Shown here piece by piece: positions 1 through 14,275 of a stretch of DNA of 64,000 nt. The position numbers and the translations under genes were made by a program. Source of the DNA: Eledone cirrhosa. Lineage: Eukaryota. The DNA lies in assembly GCA_964016885.1 (NCBI GenBank), contig OZ024741.1:158658001-158722000 (forward strand), in the 5' to 3' direction. Below the pieces are notes generated by a model. That model was not told the origin of the DNA and ran no database searches. It worked only from the letters and a program-made list of their open reading frames with translations. Position 1 is the stretch's first letter; every line of letters starts with the position of its first letter.

Positions 1-1869
1 TTCTCTGGAAGAAATCAGCAGTGTTCAGACCTGGAGAAAAGAGGGGCTCCACTTGATATTAAAAAGATGCCCAAGAAATGCTGTAGGTCACTATAGTGCC
101 CCTAGGATTCCATTGGGAGTTACAGGTCCTCTGTGCATACATACACATGGTTTGATGGAAGATCTTTGGATATATTTCATTTTATCTGAGTAAAAGATGA
201 CCCCCTCAGCAGTGGAATGATTGAAATTACACCACATTTCAAGGTGATATCATAAGTTTCAATTCTCACTGCAATTCTCATATGCTGGTTCCCCAGAGTA
301 GGGAAAGAATCAGACCAACCACATTGATTTATGTATAGGTTACTCTAGGGGGAAATCTTGTTAAACAAAAAATTCTTTGACTGTTATCAGTTTAATGCTA
401 GACAGGTCATGAGTTCAATATTCCTATGAATCACCTAAACATTGAAAAATAGGGTGTTATCTATATTCTAAATTGTTTTTGTTAATTTGTTGGGAGTTAC
501 TGTTGTTGTTGGGGCTGATTGCAGGAGTGGGTTGGATAAAGATAACTGCTTAAGACTAGAGTGGGTTTGTGCTCAGTTTGAACTGTTAAAGATAAGTTTT
601 AGAAAAATGTTGGTTTACATTTGTATTTCCTAAAATGGGCAGCAAGGAACCCCAGAGTTCAGTGAAAATATTCTGAAGTTCTGCACGATAATTAAATTTA
701 TTTATATAAATAAACTCTTTCTTCAAAACAATTTTTGTTTCATTTTCATATTTCTAATGACATGTACTCTATTTCAATTGGAAAATCAGACTGAAAAGGA
801 GGAGGAGGAGGGTTGGTGGTGGTAGTGGTGGTGGTGAGGGTGATGATGATAATCGTGAATTTTGAGGGATTTACTAAAATGATTAATTATTTCATTACTA
901 TAATATTTACATACCATATGGTTCTTATCTAAAATTATATTGGATGATTTAAATATAAATAGGAACCCTTTAAAATGGTGTTTTGTTTTGTTAAACTGGT
1001 TAAAAATTTACAAATTATTTTATGAAGCCAAACAGATTACTGTAATTAGACTTTCTCCCAGATAAAGGATGGTGTGTTAGTGTAATAAATAACTGGATAA
1101 CACAACTTGTCCCTGAGATTGAGTGCTCTACCAGCTATATATATATATCATCATCATCATCTTCATTTAACGTCCATCTTCCACGCTAGCATGGGTTAGA
1201 CGGGAGTTGTCCCAGTTGAGGCAAGGTTGGTCGGGTGACCGTTTCTCGCTCATATAGGACTATCTGGCAGGTTTCCTACGGCTGGATGCCCTTCCTAACA
1301 CCAACCACATTTACAGTGTGGAACTGGGAACTTTTTACTGTGTTACCTACACGGCTACATTACAGCGTTGACTGTGTGTTTTTTTGTTGTGACACCTACA
1401 CGATCTCGATCTCATTATCTCATTTATTTGGACTGAATGTTGTGGCACCAACTTTACAGAGAGAGGTTGGTGTTAGTGGGAGTGGGAGGAGAGGGTAGGG
1501 GTAGTGGTTTGGGCTGTATATTTGGTTAAGAGGTGCCTACTATATATATATATATGTATATATATATATACAATATATATATATATATAACCACACGCCT
1601 TCATATATAGATATATATATATATATCTATAAGAAGCTGTGTGGTTAGAGAATTGGATTTGCAATCGAGAGGTTGTGAGTTTGATTCCTGGACTGGGCGA
1701 TGTGTTATGTCCTTGAGCAAGATACTTTATTTCATGTTGCTATTTCTGCTTGGATTTACGACTATTAGCAATTGAAAAAAAACAAAGGAAACATTGTTTC
1801 CTTGGTCCGATTTGAAGACGTCTGGGATCTTGTCGATCAACTGTTGATATATGCATTCCTTCAGTTGCC

Positions 1870-2555
1870 AGGGAGGTTCCTTAGAAGTAGTTGATAGCTT
1901 TTGTTACCTAGGCGATCAGCAGTGGGAGAGGATGTGTTAAACATGTGAGAGCTAGGATAAGAACAGACTGGAAGAAGTTTAGAGAGCTGTTGCCACTGTT
2001 GACAGCAAAGGGTTTATCTCTTAGAGTGAAGGGTAGACTGTATGATGGCTGTGTGTGAAATGCAATGCTAAATGACAGTGAAACAGGGGCCTTGACTTCA
2101 GAAGACCTGTAAAGGCTAGAAAGAAACAAATCAAGTATGCTCTATTAGGTGGGTAATGTTATTGAACATTAGTGGCATAGCATAAGCAAACTAAGGGAAA
2201 AGCTTAGCTTAAGGGGAAGTGGATGTTGTGTGCAAGAGAGAAGACTGCATTGGTATGGACATGTGCTATGTATGTAAGATAGCAGCTACAGAAAAAAATG
2301 CAGAGAAACCCCATGGAAGAGGCAGACCCAGGACGTTATGGGATGAGATTGTGAAGACTGGTCATTAAAAAGCTAAACCTTACAACAGAACTGACAAAAG
2401 GCTGCGAGGGCTGACACTATGCAATGCTGAAGAAGATCCAACCTACAGTATATAATGTGACCTGACCTACCCCTATGCACCCCTTCCACTAGCACTCAGT
2501 ATATGCTGTAAAGTGGTTGGTGATAGGAAGGGCATCCAGCCATAGAAATCTTGCC
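1870..2555 (+). mobile_element. Degenerate RTE-clade LINE 3' fragment
   Basis: Homologous to 17480-18397 (KFRELLPLL...RRLHWYGHV...GRP) with stops and frameshifts. Confidence 0.8.
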
Positions 2556-3401
2556 AGACAAAGGGTCAGGAGGACCCACAGTTGTGTCAAAGGCATGACA
2601 ACCTCTCTTGTGTACTCAGTAGAATGTGAGACTGTACATAAGTGGCCTGGCAGATCAGTGGTTCTGCTACCAAGAGTATCCACTCCTGAGTTGCACCCCT
2701 CACAAAAGCCTTTAGACTTCCTCACTATCACACTTTAGTAACCACTCTTTTCACTCTTAGGCACCCGAACCATGGCCCCTCCACTAGCATTCCCCAGCAA
2801 CTATCCTCACTAGCACCACACTCCTCACACGATCCTGTATTCTTTCCTTAGCTGCTGTCTTCCCACTCCTTAAAACCTTAGCAGCCTTGTAGCTACTCTC
2901 TGCATCTCACCCATACCTCCTCCACCCTTAGCTATTCTCTCGATCACAACATGTCCCCTCGGCACTGGTGTGTACCACCTCCACACCCACTTTAGTGTTC
3001 TCATCACCACATTCCCTTCCTTATTCATCACCCTGTCAAATCACACTGCACTTGCCAATATTCACACTTATAACCCTCTAATAGACCCACCCAGGTGGCT
3101 GGTGACAGGGAAGGCATCCTGCTGTAGAAACCATGCCTAAAAAATCAATGGGTTGAGAAGTCCCACCAGTTGATAAACACATCCAGTAACACGCTGTAAA
3201 GAGGTTGGTGATGAAGGGCATCCAGCTGCAGAAAACCTTCCAAACAAAGGGATGGGAGGATCCTTCAGTTATGTCAAATACAGGACAACCTCTCCTACTC
3301 ATTCAGTAGAATGTGACATTGTACATAAGTGAGATGCAGATTCCTGGCCTGTCTGGGAGATCACCAGCCCCACATCAATTACTAACTTTCTCTATGTAGA
3401 C

Positions 3402-4418
3402 CAGAGGTTCTCAAAGTGGGTGCTAACGCTCCTCTATGGGGGAGGGGTGCTGAGGTCTAAGGTGGCAGTGGAGGGGTGGTAGAGTTGATATAATAGTATA
3501 TTATAAATGATACATATATATAAATACTAGCAGTGGTACCCGGCGTTGCACGGGATAAGGTATTGTGAAATATATAACCGCCTTAGCTAAGCTTAGTATT
3601 GCCACAACCACGGCTGGCAAAGAAGTAAGGGTCTGGTGGTACGTAAGTAAGCAACACTGTGGCTTAAAACGTGAGGAAGAAGTTGTGTGCACTTATCAAC
3701 TGTTTGGGGAATGAGTGTGAGATTTATCTTGAGCAAGGGTGGCAGAATAACCGGAGGCAGCAGACAGCGAGACATACAGACAGATATTATAAGGGCATGT
3801 TCTGGACGCAGAGCGAATTGTAGGAGGTGACGTAATGCAGACAGCCAGACATACAGACATATTATAAGGGCGCAACGTTATATGTATGTATCTATCTAAA
3901 AAGAGAAAGACTAAGAATTATAGAAAGAGATCACTAAATCGCCTAATGCGGTCCCTAGGGCATTGAAAATTTAAAAAAATTTTTTCTAAAAACACTCACA
4001 GGATTCTAGTTTTAGGGATTCAAACTCACACACACAGACAGACATCCTCAGTTTTATATATATAGATAGTAAAATAAAAAAATATACAATATTTATACAT
4101 AGTATATATTATTTATTATATGTAAATTGATTGGCAGTATCAGTAGAAGGTCGGACGCCATGCTGCAAGAGTTACAGCCCTTTATGGTCTGAGTTCAAAT
4201 CCCGCCGAGGTTAACTTTGCCTTTAATCCTTATGGGGTTGATAAAATAAAGTACCAGTAATACACTGGGGTAATTGCTGGCCTTGTGCAAAAAGTAGAAA
4301 CAACTATATGTAAATTAGCAATTTTATTTATCATATATTATTTACAATTTGCGCGTAGGCAGGTCTCTCTGGAAATAGGATTGGTGGGGGGTGGGTGCAA
4401 AAAGTTTGATAACCTCTG
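3402..4418. mobile_element. hAT-type MITE containing a nested Helitron and SINE
   Basis: TIRs cagaggttctcaaa / tttgataacctctg; 8-bp TSD ATGTAGAC at 3394-3401 and 4419-4426. Confidence 0.8.
3527..4066 (-). mobile_element. Non-autonomous Helitron
   Basis: Minus strand starts A|TC-tatata, carries GTCT repeats, and ends in hairpin cccgtgcaacgccggg plus CTAG|T. Confidence 0.75.
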
Positions 4419-4625
4419 ATGTAGACCCATCAACATCAACAACAACGATGACGATGATGACGATGATGATGATGATGATGCATATCATTTATGTATATAT
4501 ATATATATTTCTATGCTGACATGTTTTGGATGGAACTTTTTGAGGCAAATTTATGGCGCCAACTATTCTAGTTGCTTCTTACAACATGCTCACTTGTAAT
4601 GTATACATATTCAAAAAAACCAAAG

Positions 4626-4703
4626 CACACACACACACATATATACTCTCTCTCACACACACATATACTCTCTCTCACACACACACACATTCTCTCTCAC
4701 ACA

Positions 4704-4747
<44 letters not shown>

Positions 4748-4852
4748 TTCTCTCTCTCTCTCACACACACATTCTCTCTCTCTCTCTCTCTCACACACAT
4801 TCTCTCTCTCACACATTCTCTCTCTCTCACACACCTCTCTCTCTCTCACACA

Positions 4853-4898
<46 letters not shown>

Positions 4899-4999
4899 CA
4901 CATTCTCTCTCTCTCACACACTCTCTCTCTCTCTCACACATTCTCTTTCTATCACACACACTCTCTCTCTCTCACACATTCTCTCTCTATCACACACAT

Positions 5000-5030
<31 letters not shown>

Positions 5031-5078
5031 TTCTCTCTCTCTCTCACACACACTCTCTCTCTCTCTCTCACTCACACA
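4626..5078. repeat. Compound (CT)n/(CA)n microsatellite
   Basis: Direct reading; source of the S/L/H/T-rich ORFs. Confidence 0.97.
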
Positions 5079-6165
5079 GATGCATAGACTTATAAGTAAT
5101 TTGTTATTTTTGTTTCTAAAAAGAAATTTAATTGTTAATCAGGATATCTTAAGTTTCCACTGCATTAAACATTTGGGAGAGTATTTTGTGAGAGTGAGTG
5201 ATTGACTATTGTTGATGCACATAATCTAATTTCCTCCTTTAATTGGCTCTCTTTTTATTATAATCTTGATTTAATTGAACAAAAATATTCATTAATTTAT
5301 TGTATGAATTGTACTCATTAAAAATATTCTACAGAAATTTTCTTGCTCAATTTTAAAATAAGTGAAGGTTTATTTGGGGGAAAGAATTTGTGATATTTAA
5401 TGTTTTAAATATTAAACCATATCTATATCTTAGTTTGGTGAATTGGTAGAGTTGTTAGAACGTCAGATAGAATGCTTTATGGTATTTGTTCCGGCTCTCT
5501 TCTCTCTGAGTTCAAATTTCACCGAGGTCAATGTTGCCTTTCATCCTCTTGAGGTCGACAAAAAAAGTACTAGTCAAGTACTGGGGGCAATTCTTCCTCT
5601 ATATCTCATTCTCACTTCCATTCTCTCTCTTCTCTCAACCCTTCTAAGGAAGAAATCTGCTGAGTTCAGACTTGGAGAGGGATGAACACCGCCAAGCTTA
5701 AAATGCCTAAGAAACGCCATATGCCATTACAGTGCCCCTACGACTCCAGCAGGAGTTACAGGACCATACCATGTCTTACTTAAGTGATGAATGTTCCAGT
5801 AGCAATCAATGGAACAGCCTGCTCATATAATTAACGTGTGATTGAATATTCTCAGACATGTGTACCCCTAACGTAATTCTCAGGGAGATTCAGCATGACA
5901 CAGTGTCACAAGGCTGGCCTTTTAAATTACAGGTACAATATATCCAATAGGCTTCCAAACTCTAAGCAGTTTCTGTCTACCCAATTTCACTCACTTGGCA
6001 TGCCAGGGGTAGACTTCAAGCAAGATGGTTGGATAACATCCATAAGCTTGCTGGTCTCACCTGGGGATCCAGCCAGATCAGTTGGAGACAGTTGGTTCTG
6101 ACAGGACCCACTGGAAGGAGTGTTTGAAGAGTCTGACTCCATAACCCTCTCAAGATATGGTAAAT

Positions 6166-6352
6166 CAGGCATGTGAAACTGAGGGTCCCCCGAGGGCCAC
6201 GTGGATCACATAGGTGTTGTCTGAGGGCCACACATGACAACTAATATTTTTAATTTTATATTATGCTCGCGCTGTAAAAACCTTTGTGCGGGATGCAAGT
6301 GTGCTGGTAAAGGGTCATATGTGGTTCGTGGGCCGCGTGTTTGACATGCCTG
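6166..6352. mobile_element. hAT-type MITE
   Basis: TIRs caggcatgt / acatgcctg; 8-bp TSD TGGTAAAT. Confidence 0.8.
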
Positions 6353-7244
6353 TGGTAAATGACACTTATTCATGATGCCATACAGTGGGATTGAACCTGG
6401 GAACTAATGATTGTAGAATAAACTTCTTAACCATTCAGCCATGTTGCCTCCAAGCAACAACTATTTTAAGGAGAGGAAGTAGGATATCTTTTCTATTGTA
6501 CATAGAAAAAGAAATATAAATAAGGAAGTAGATGTTTAATAATAAATAGGCTGTAAAAACACTCTCCTTAAGGTTATCATATAAATCAATGTTTATGTAT
6601 ATATTTATATATATACCTTTATGTGTGTGTGTGTATATGTGTGTACGTCTGTGTGTGTGTGTGTGTGTATGCGTATGTGTGTGTGTTTGTGCTATATACA
6701 TACATTTACTCATACTTCATTCTACATATACACACATACAAACATGTTATACATATTTCACAATCTGTGTGCATGTGTGTGTATGCGTATGTGTGTTATA
6801 TACTGTACATATATTTTTCTACATAGAAACATATACACACAAACAAATCTGCTGTACAAACTTCACAATCTTTATTTGTATGTGTGTGTGTGTGTATGTG
6901 TGTATGTATGTGTGTGTATATGTGTGTGTATGTGTGTTATATACATACATTTACTCATATTTCATTCTACAGATACACACATACAAACATAAATCTGCTA
7001 TACATAATTCACAATCTTTATGTGTGTGTATGTATGTGTATGTGAGTGTGTATGTGCATGTGTATGTGTGAGTATGTATGTGTACGTGAGTGTAATTTTT
7101 CCTCATACTTCATTCTACATAGAAACATACACACACATACAAACATAAATCTGCTATATAAATTTCACAATCTTTATGTGTGTGTATGTGTATGTGTGTA
7201 TAAGTGTGTATAAGTGTGAAATATGTATAGCTGATTTATGTTTT

Positions 7245-7677
7245 TTATGTGTAAATTCCACCAATCTTGCTACATGGAAGTGAAATATGGACGTTTTCAT
7301 CCAAACAAAAAAAGCACCTTCATGGCCCTTACACTCCTGCTTCAACGCATTCAGAACATAAGCTGGCAACATCTGACTTTGAGAGAGATATATGCCTGCT
7401 TCCCACGCATATCTGTTGTTGTATGTAAAAGGAGAGTAAGATTTGCTGGCCACTGCCATCGTCCCACCTACGAAGCTGTGTCCCCATTAATGCTTTGGAA
7501 ACCACAAGCAGTCACTAATAACAGGGGGCGCAAGCTCTCCTACCCCGATGTCATCTCCAGAGATTCTGGTATTGAAATCCAGGATTTGGCAATGGCAATG
7601 AATGACAGACCCATGTGGAGATCAATTGTTGAGTCTATTTCAACTGAGGCCTCCGGATGATGATGATGATGATGATG
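7245..7677 (+). mobile_element. RTE-type LINE 3' end, second family
   Basis: LLQRIQNISWQ...RRVRFAGHC.R...GRKLSY.D...AMNDR..WR followed by a (GAT)n tail. Confidence 0.75.
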
Positions 7678-8089
7678 TGTTATATACATACATTTACACA
7701 TACTTCCTTTTACATATACACTTACACAAACATACAAACATAAATCTGCTATACAAATTTCACACACATAAACAAAAACTCACATAAAACAATAAATACA
7801 GATAAACATCATGTAAAGAAAAAATATATCACATATACACATAAAACTATTACACAGAAAGCAGTGCTTCAGCATGGCCTTAGCCTTGATAGCTAATACA
7901 AACTAAAGAAACAGACACACAGACACTCACACATGGGCTTGTTTACAGTTTCAATCTATCAAATATAAATTTCACCTACAAGTCAGCCTAGGGTTATAGT
8001 AAAAGAGACTTGCCCAAGATGTCACACAGTGGAATTAAACCTAAGACCATGTGGTTGTGAAGTGAACTTCTTTATAGCCATGCCTGCAT

Positions 8090-8695
8090 TATTAATATAT
8101 GCAGCATAGAGTTATGCCCTTTTACGTTCTGAGTCCAAATCCTACTGACGTTAACTTTGTCTTTCATCCTTACGGGGGTCGATAAAATAAAGTACCAGTA
8201 ATGCACTAGGGTAATTGCTGGCCTTGTGCCAAAACTAGAAACAATTATTAATATACAACAATAAGGGCAGTAAATCAGCAGTATCAGTAAAGCGTCGGAC
8301 CATATGTTTTTTCAGCAGAGAGTTGCGGCCCTTTACATTCTGAGTTCAAATCCCACAAATGTTAGCTTTGCCTTTCATTCTTACAGGGTCAATAAAATAA
8401 AGGATCAGTAATACACTGGGGTTGATTTAATCGCTTTTCCCCTCCCTCAAAAATTGCTGGCCTTGTTCCTATACTAGAAACCATTATTAATACACAATAC
8501 ACCACTAGGGCAGTGGATTAGCAGTATCGGTAGAGGGTCAGGCGCCATGCTTTGCTGCATAGAGTTGCGGTCTGAGTTCAAATCCCGCTGAAGTTAACTT
8601 TGCCTTTCATCCTTACAGGGTCGATAAAATAAAGTACCAGTAATGAACTCGGGTAATTGCTGGCCTTGTGCCTATAGTAGAAACCATTAATAATA
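8090..8695 (+). mobile_element. Tandem copies of tRNA-derived SINE family B
   Basis: Repeated ggcagtggattggcagtatc...gagttcaaatccc...gcctttcatccttacggggtcgataaaataaagtaccag...ggccttgtgcc...agaaac(att)n. Confidence 0.85.
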
Positions 8696-10443
8696 CACAA
8701 TAAAGGTGAAGGATTGGCAGAATTGTTAGAACTGGAAAATGTTTAGTAGTAATTGTTCTAGCTCTCTCATGTCAAATTCATCTGAGGTCAACATTGCCTT
8801 TCATTCTTCCATGGTTGCTCAACCTGCTAGAAATAACAGCCATGTCTCCCTCAAATAACATCCTATTATCTTAAAAGAGGTAGGACACATTAGACAATGT
8901 ATTCCTCAATATGACTGGACTGTGATGCCTTTGACTATTAGTCTGCTCGGTCAGGGTTGACCTGGGATTAAATATCCACACCATCTTGAACAACAGGGAA
9001 GAAAAGAGAAAAAGAATACTGAGAGAGAAAGAGAGAGGAAAGAAGAGAGATATAAAGAAAAGAAAGAGAAAAAGAGTGAGAAGGAAAGAGAAGCGGGGGA
9101 GAGAAAGAGAGAGAAAAACAGGCAGAAAGAGAAGAAATAATAAAAGGAGTCTCTATTTGAAGAAATGTGCATATGTTGAGAATAATATTTCGGGTGGTAG
9201 TGATGGCTGGTGTGCACTTAACTGGATTCAACCGCATGTATTTCCCTTTGACAAATGATAGGAGGGTAAAGTACAAGGTGGTGGTGATGGAGGTGGTGGG
9301 TGGGTGGGGTTACATCCTACTTGACTTCCTTCCACACCTCCTCTCTGTCACGCACAGGAGATAAGTGCGGGACATGACTTATTAGAAATTAACTCTAACA
9401 TAAGTGTTGGGCAGACTCTCCAGCTGTGTTAAGGACATGACAACCTCCCCAGTGTTGGCGTCATGATAAAATGTGTTTGGCAATAAGCAGGATCTTATAT
9501 CAGCGAATCACAGGCTACTGGCCAGACTGAGCACTCGGAAGGGCGTAGGAGTGTAAACAAGATGCAGCTTTCGGGCTGACTGTGGGCTCAGTACCTCTGC
9601 TTTGCATACCAACCTGCTTTGCTGACTGACCCATCCAAACCTTGCTAACAGGGAAAGCAGATATTAAATTATGATGATACTGGTCATAACTATTGTTTTT
9701 CACTATTCTTACTGTTTGGTTCTGAAATAGCATGCTGATTCTTCAACCATTGCTACCCCAATAATACAGGCCCAGAAAGTCTGGGAAAATACACTCTAGC
9801 AAGCAGAACCTCAGGTGCAAGCTGTCTTGTAGTCCCAGCAAACAGAATGGAGAAAGTGTTATCTCAGAGGACAGTGAAGGAGACATATATTCCATGTTTC
9901 AGATATATTTATCTTTCTCTGCAAGGAATATTATAACCCCTGCCCATACATCTCTTCCACATGCACATGGACTCTTCCACATATACAAACACGCAAACAC
10001 AGATACACTTATAACTCCATCAAACAGAAAATATTATCCCCTTTTCCCCCTACTATATGACAACACCCTCTCACCCTGACAACATCATATCACCCCAAGA
10101 AGACCTACCCTCTCACCCTCTCAACACCCTTGACAATACTCTTCTCTATCCCCACAGAACCCTCCTCCACCCTTGACAACACCCTCCTTAACTTTCAACA
10201 ACCCCAGAAACAATATAAACAGTGAATAATTATATATTTTTTTGTTTACATTTGTTATGAAAGATGTTGGACAAAGCAAACCACTCTACTTGTCCCTTAT
10301 TCTTCTCTACCCTAGCTGCCAACAGGTTCCCCTGTCCTTGTATCCATGGTTAAGTGTTTCAGTAAGTAATAGCAGCTCATAAGTTAGGGACCACTTCACT
10401 GTTAGATAAGAACCTACTACACTTCTTAATAAGGGCTCCCATA

Positions 10444-10641
10444 TGAGGTTGGGCTGAAAAATTCATAAGCTGCCTGTGAAGGAGTGATGCTAGAGCTGTG
10501 AAATCTTGCATACATTAATTTCAGTGCTTCCTATTAACAACTCCATTGTTTCTATTCAGGGATTATGTTGAAAAATAAACCTAATTTAGTCATTCCATGA
10601 GAGTATCTTGGTCAGCCTATGAACTTTTCAGCCGACCCTCA
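10444..10641. mobile_element. Mariner-type MITE
   Basis: TIRs tgaggttgggctgaaaaattcataagctg / cagcctatgaacttttcagccgaccctca; TA flanks. Confidence 0.75.
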
Positions 10642-11549
10642 TATTGCCTTAGCACCATTCTATTAGGGGGCACCTCACTGTTGGATAAGATGATCCCACC
10701 CCTACTATTTAAACTATAATAAATTAAGGAGCCCGGGACTGCATACAGTTTATAATTTTTTATCCCCTTAGTAAAATAAGTTGCATTACTTTGAATAAAT
10801 AATTGTTTCTACTTTTGGCACAAGGCCAGCAATTACCCAGTACATTACTGGTACTTTATTTTATCGACCCCGTATGGATGAAAGGCAAAGTTAACCTTGG
10901 CGGGATTTGAAATCAGATCATAAAGGGACGTAACTATGCTAGAAAGCATGTCCGACCCTCTATTGATACTGCCAATTCACCGCAATGAACGAATATTACA
11001 TAATTTATCTACTACATTTCATGGCTGTTGATTAAATATATTTTGTTTATTTAAAGATTCACTTCTTTAAAATTTCTGAAATGTCAACACTTCCGGTTGG
11101 CCATCGCTTAAATAAACATACAAATTTTCTGTCACTAACTTTCTCCTAATGCAGTTTATATATAATATCGTCTTTGTTAATGTATCATGGATTACGTTAC
11201 TGATTACATAAGACACTGTAACACAGCCTCTCTTCAATTTCTGTGTATCATATATTGTCAATTACGATTTTATTTGATGTATCATATCTACATGTATATA
11301 TACTTGTGTATAATATCAATATGCACACTACACATGCTAGTATTATTATTAGTATTACTTAATGGGGATTCACATGTGATAGCTATTCTGTTAGGGATCA
11401 CTTCACAGCTGGATAAGAAGACCCCTACTACAATACTTGACTAACTTTTAGACCAACTATTAACTCTGTGATTTCTGCCAAACACTTTCTTGGCAGGTTA
11501 TGTCTACTGTCACACTCTCAAATATTCAACTGCATAGACTTTATTTTAT

Positions 11550-12045
11550 GGGTATCAGTATATCACCGGTACCTTATTGAAATCAGTATATAATTAGTAC
11601 TTTATTTACCCAATTACCTTATTAACTCTTGGTATATTACTGGTACCTTATTGATCTCAGTATATTACTGGTACCTTATTGACTTCAGTATATCACTGGT
11701 ACCTTATCGATCCCCAGTTTATCACTGGTACCTATTGACACCAGTATATCACTGGTACCTTTATTGACTTCTGTATATCACCGGGACCTTTGTTAAACCA
11801 ATATATTACTGGTACTTTTATTGACCTCAGTATATCTCTGGCACCTTACTCCATTAACCCCACATATTACTGATACTTTAAATTATTGACCTCAGCATAT
11901 TACTGGTATCTTTGTTGACCACAGTATATTACAGGGTGTAAATTTGTTGACACCGGAATATTACAAGGATCTTTATTGATCACAGCAAATTAACTGGGAT
12001 CTTTATTGAACTCACTGTATTACTGGTACCTAAATTTATTGACCA
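11550..12045. repeat. Degenerate ~28-30 bp minisatellite
   Basis: Repeated ttattgacctcagtatattactggtacc. Confidence 0.85.
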
Positions 12046-12958
12046 TCCCACAACTGGACAGCTCATCTAACCCATGGTAGCGTGGAAAAATGGATGTTAA
12101 ACAGTGATGATGATGATGATCCCACCTTTTTTATTATCAAAACAGTTAGCATCTTTAGAATTACATAAATGTTTTTTCTTTTTCTTGTAAGGATTTAGCA
12201 GAAAATATCTAAAAACATGTTTGTTAATTCAAATGTTTATAGTATGTTTATAGTGGGCAGATTGTGAAAATTTGTAGTAAACCAAAGTAAAAACTTCACT
12301 ATTTCATGTAATGCAGTCATAATGCTGTTTTGTGTTTTTCAAGAATGTCTTGCTAATGTGGTTTCATGTGGTGCAGGATGTTAAGTGTGAAAACAGTGGA
12401 ACAACAGTTCCAAACTTATGATCCACTGACCCAATTCTTCCAACCCTGGGAGTCTGCAAAGAGAGAGGGGGTTCCAGAGCATGGGGCCCTTAGTAATGAA
12501 AAGATAGGGAACCACTGAAGTAATGTGATATGAAGGGGACGTGGTTGTTATTTCTAGCAAATCCTGTGACCACATAAAGCTTCTCAGTTTTCTAGGGTTG
12601 ATTTATTAGCTCAGCTTTTTATGCCACTTCAAAGAATGAGAAAATGTGATATATTGGTTCATTCTGCGTGATTGTCTAACTGAAAATTACCCCTTCTCTC
12701 TCATCATGCAGACACATACACATATATTTGCAAGTGTTCAGTTTATATTTTTGCTTACCCCTTTTCTTTCTTCCATGAGTAGACAACTAAGCATAAAAGC
12801 ATATTGAGAAATATATGAGAGTAAAAGTCGTAACACTATTACTAACTTTTAATTAATTAATGACTAATTAGGAGGATAGTATACAGAGGGAGAGAGTAGC
12901 TAATTTAAGAATTATTACCAGATGTTTCAGACATAAGGATTCAAAGTGTGACTGCATT

Positions 12959-13075
12959 TATACATACATACATACATACATACATACATACATACATACA
13001 TACATACATACATACATACATACATACATACACACATTCATACATACATACACTACATACATGCATACATACATA
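12959..13075. repeat. (CATA)n microsatellite
   Basis: Direct reading. Confidence 0.95.
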
Positions 13076-14275
13076 AATTTTGCATCTAATAACTGCTTAT
13101 ACACATGTACAGATACAAAGTGTATGCACATGCACACATACAACTCAAAACATCCACATCCACACATACAATAACATCCATACCTACACATGCATGCAGA
13201 CATGCAGACATATCTACCTAGTTGATATTGTGTAAATTCCAATGAGAGAGTCTTGTATCTATGTTAGAAACCGACTCTCTCTCTATTGGCAAAAATTTGT
13301 GAAATTATAAAACCAGAAGAACATACATACATACGCTATATTGGCTCCCACTTTGAAGGATACGCTTTTGCAATCCAAGAACAGGAAATCAACATGAAAT
13401 ACCTGATTCACAAAAGAGATAGAGATGCAGGCAAAACACCTAGATGTGACAACAAGTGCAGACTCTGCAGAATTAACATCTAACATGTCACCCATGTCAT
13501 AAGCAGCTGTCCAAAGATATCATCGCGGTACTATCTACCTATGAGGTATGATGTAGTGGCCAAAACATTGTACAATGCAATCCATAGAAAAGAGAGCCCC
13601 GATAATAAACACATTAAAAGCTACAGCAATGTGGAAGACATAAATATACATAATATGAAAGAGTACTGGTGGAATGTCCCCAATAAAATGCAGGCATAAC
13701 AGACCAGATATAATGATATGGGACAGGGAAAAGAGGGCATGCACAGTAGTGGAAGTTAGCTGCCCACGAGATGCCAATATAATATCAAAGATTAGCGAAA
13801 AGGAGAATATTTATGCAGAACTAATAAGAAATCTGCAGATACTCCACCCTGACTATACCTTCAGATTTATGCCTGTGATTATTGGGGCACTGGGGTATGT
13901 TAGTAACTGCCTCAATACAAATCTTGAGAAGCTGGGCTTCACAGAAACAGAAAGAACACAACTAGTTAGGAAATTACAAGTACAATCCATTAATGGAACA
14001 GTAAAAATATGTAAAACATCAAAAAAATTTTGTATCTAATAACTGCATATACACATGTACAGATACAAAGCATATGCACACATACAACTCAAAATATACA
14101 CATCCACACATATAATAACATCCATACCTACACACACATGCATGCAGATATGCATACATATCTACCTAGTTGATGTTATGTAAATTCCAATGAGAGAGTC
14201 TTGTAACTATGTTAGAAACCGACTCTCTCTCTATTGGCAAACAATTTGTGAAATTATAAAACCAGAAGAACATAC
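13075..14275 (+). mobile_element. Two tandem 3' fragments of an R4/Dong-like (restriction-like endonuclease) LINE in (CATA)n
   Basis: FAIQEQEI, CRLC...HVISSC zinc knuckle, RPDI...EVSCP...K and PVIIGALG motifs. The 3' UTR at 14030-14270 is duplicated at 13075-13321; both end in aaaccagaagaa(cata)n. Confidence 0.85.

Noticed and set aside
4553-7071. Long S/L/H/T- and C/V/Y-rich ORFs (also 16071-16438, 20576-21307, 57312-57572, 61907-62218)
   Set aside because: They are translations of dinucleotide microsatellites.
9173-9364. ORF MLRIIFRVVVMAGVHLTGFNR... as integrin exon 1
   Set aside because: It has a hydrophobic start and FN, but no FG(Y/F)S motif and no good phase-2 donor compatible with exon A.
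11187-11444. Hydrophobic ORF (…MLVLLLVLLNG…SQLDKKTP) as a signal-peptide exon
   Set aside because: It stops before any FG motif or suitable donor; the hydrophobicity derives from (TTA)-rich sequence.
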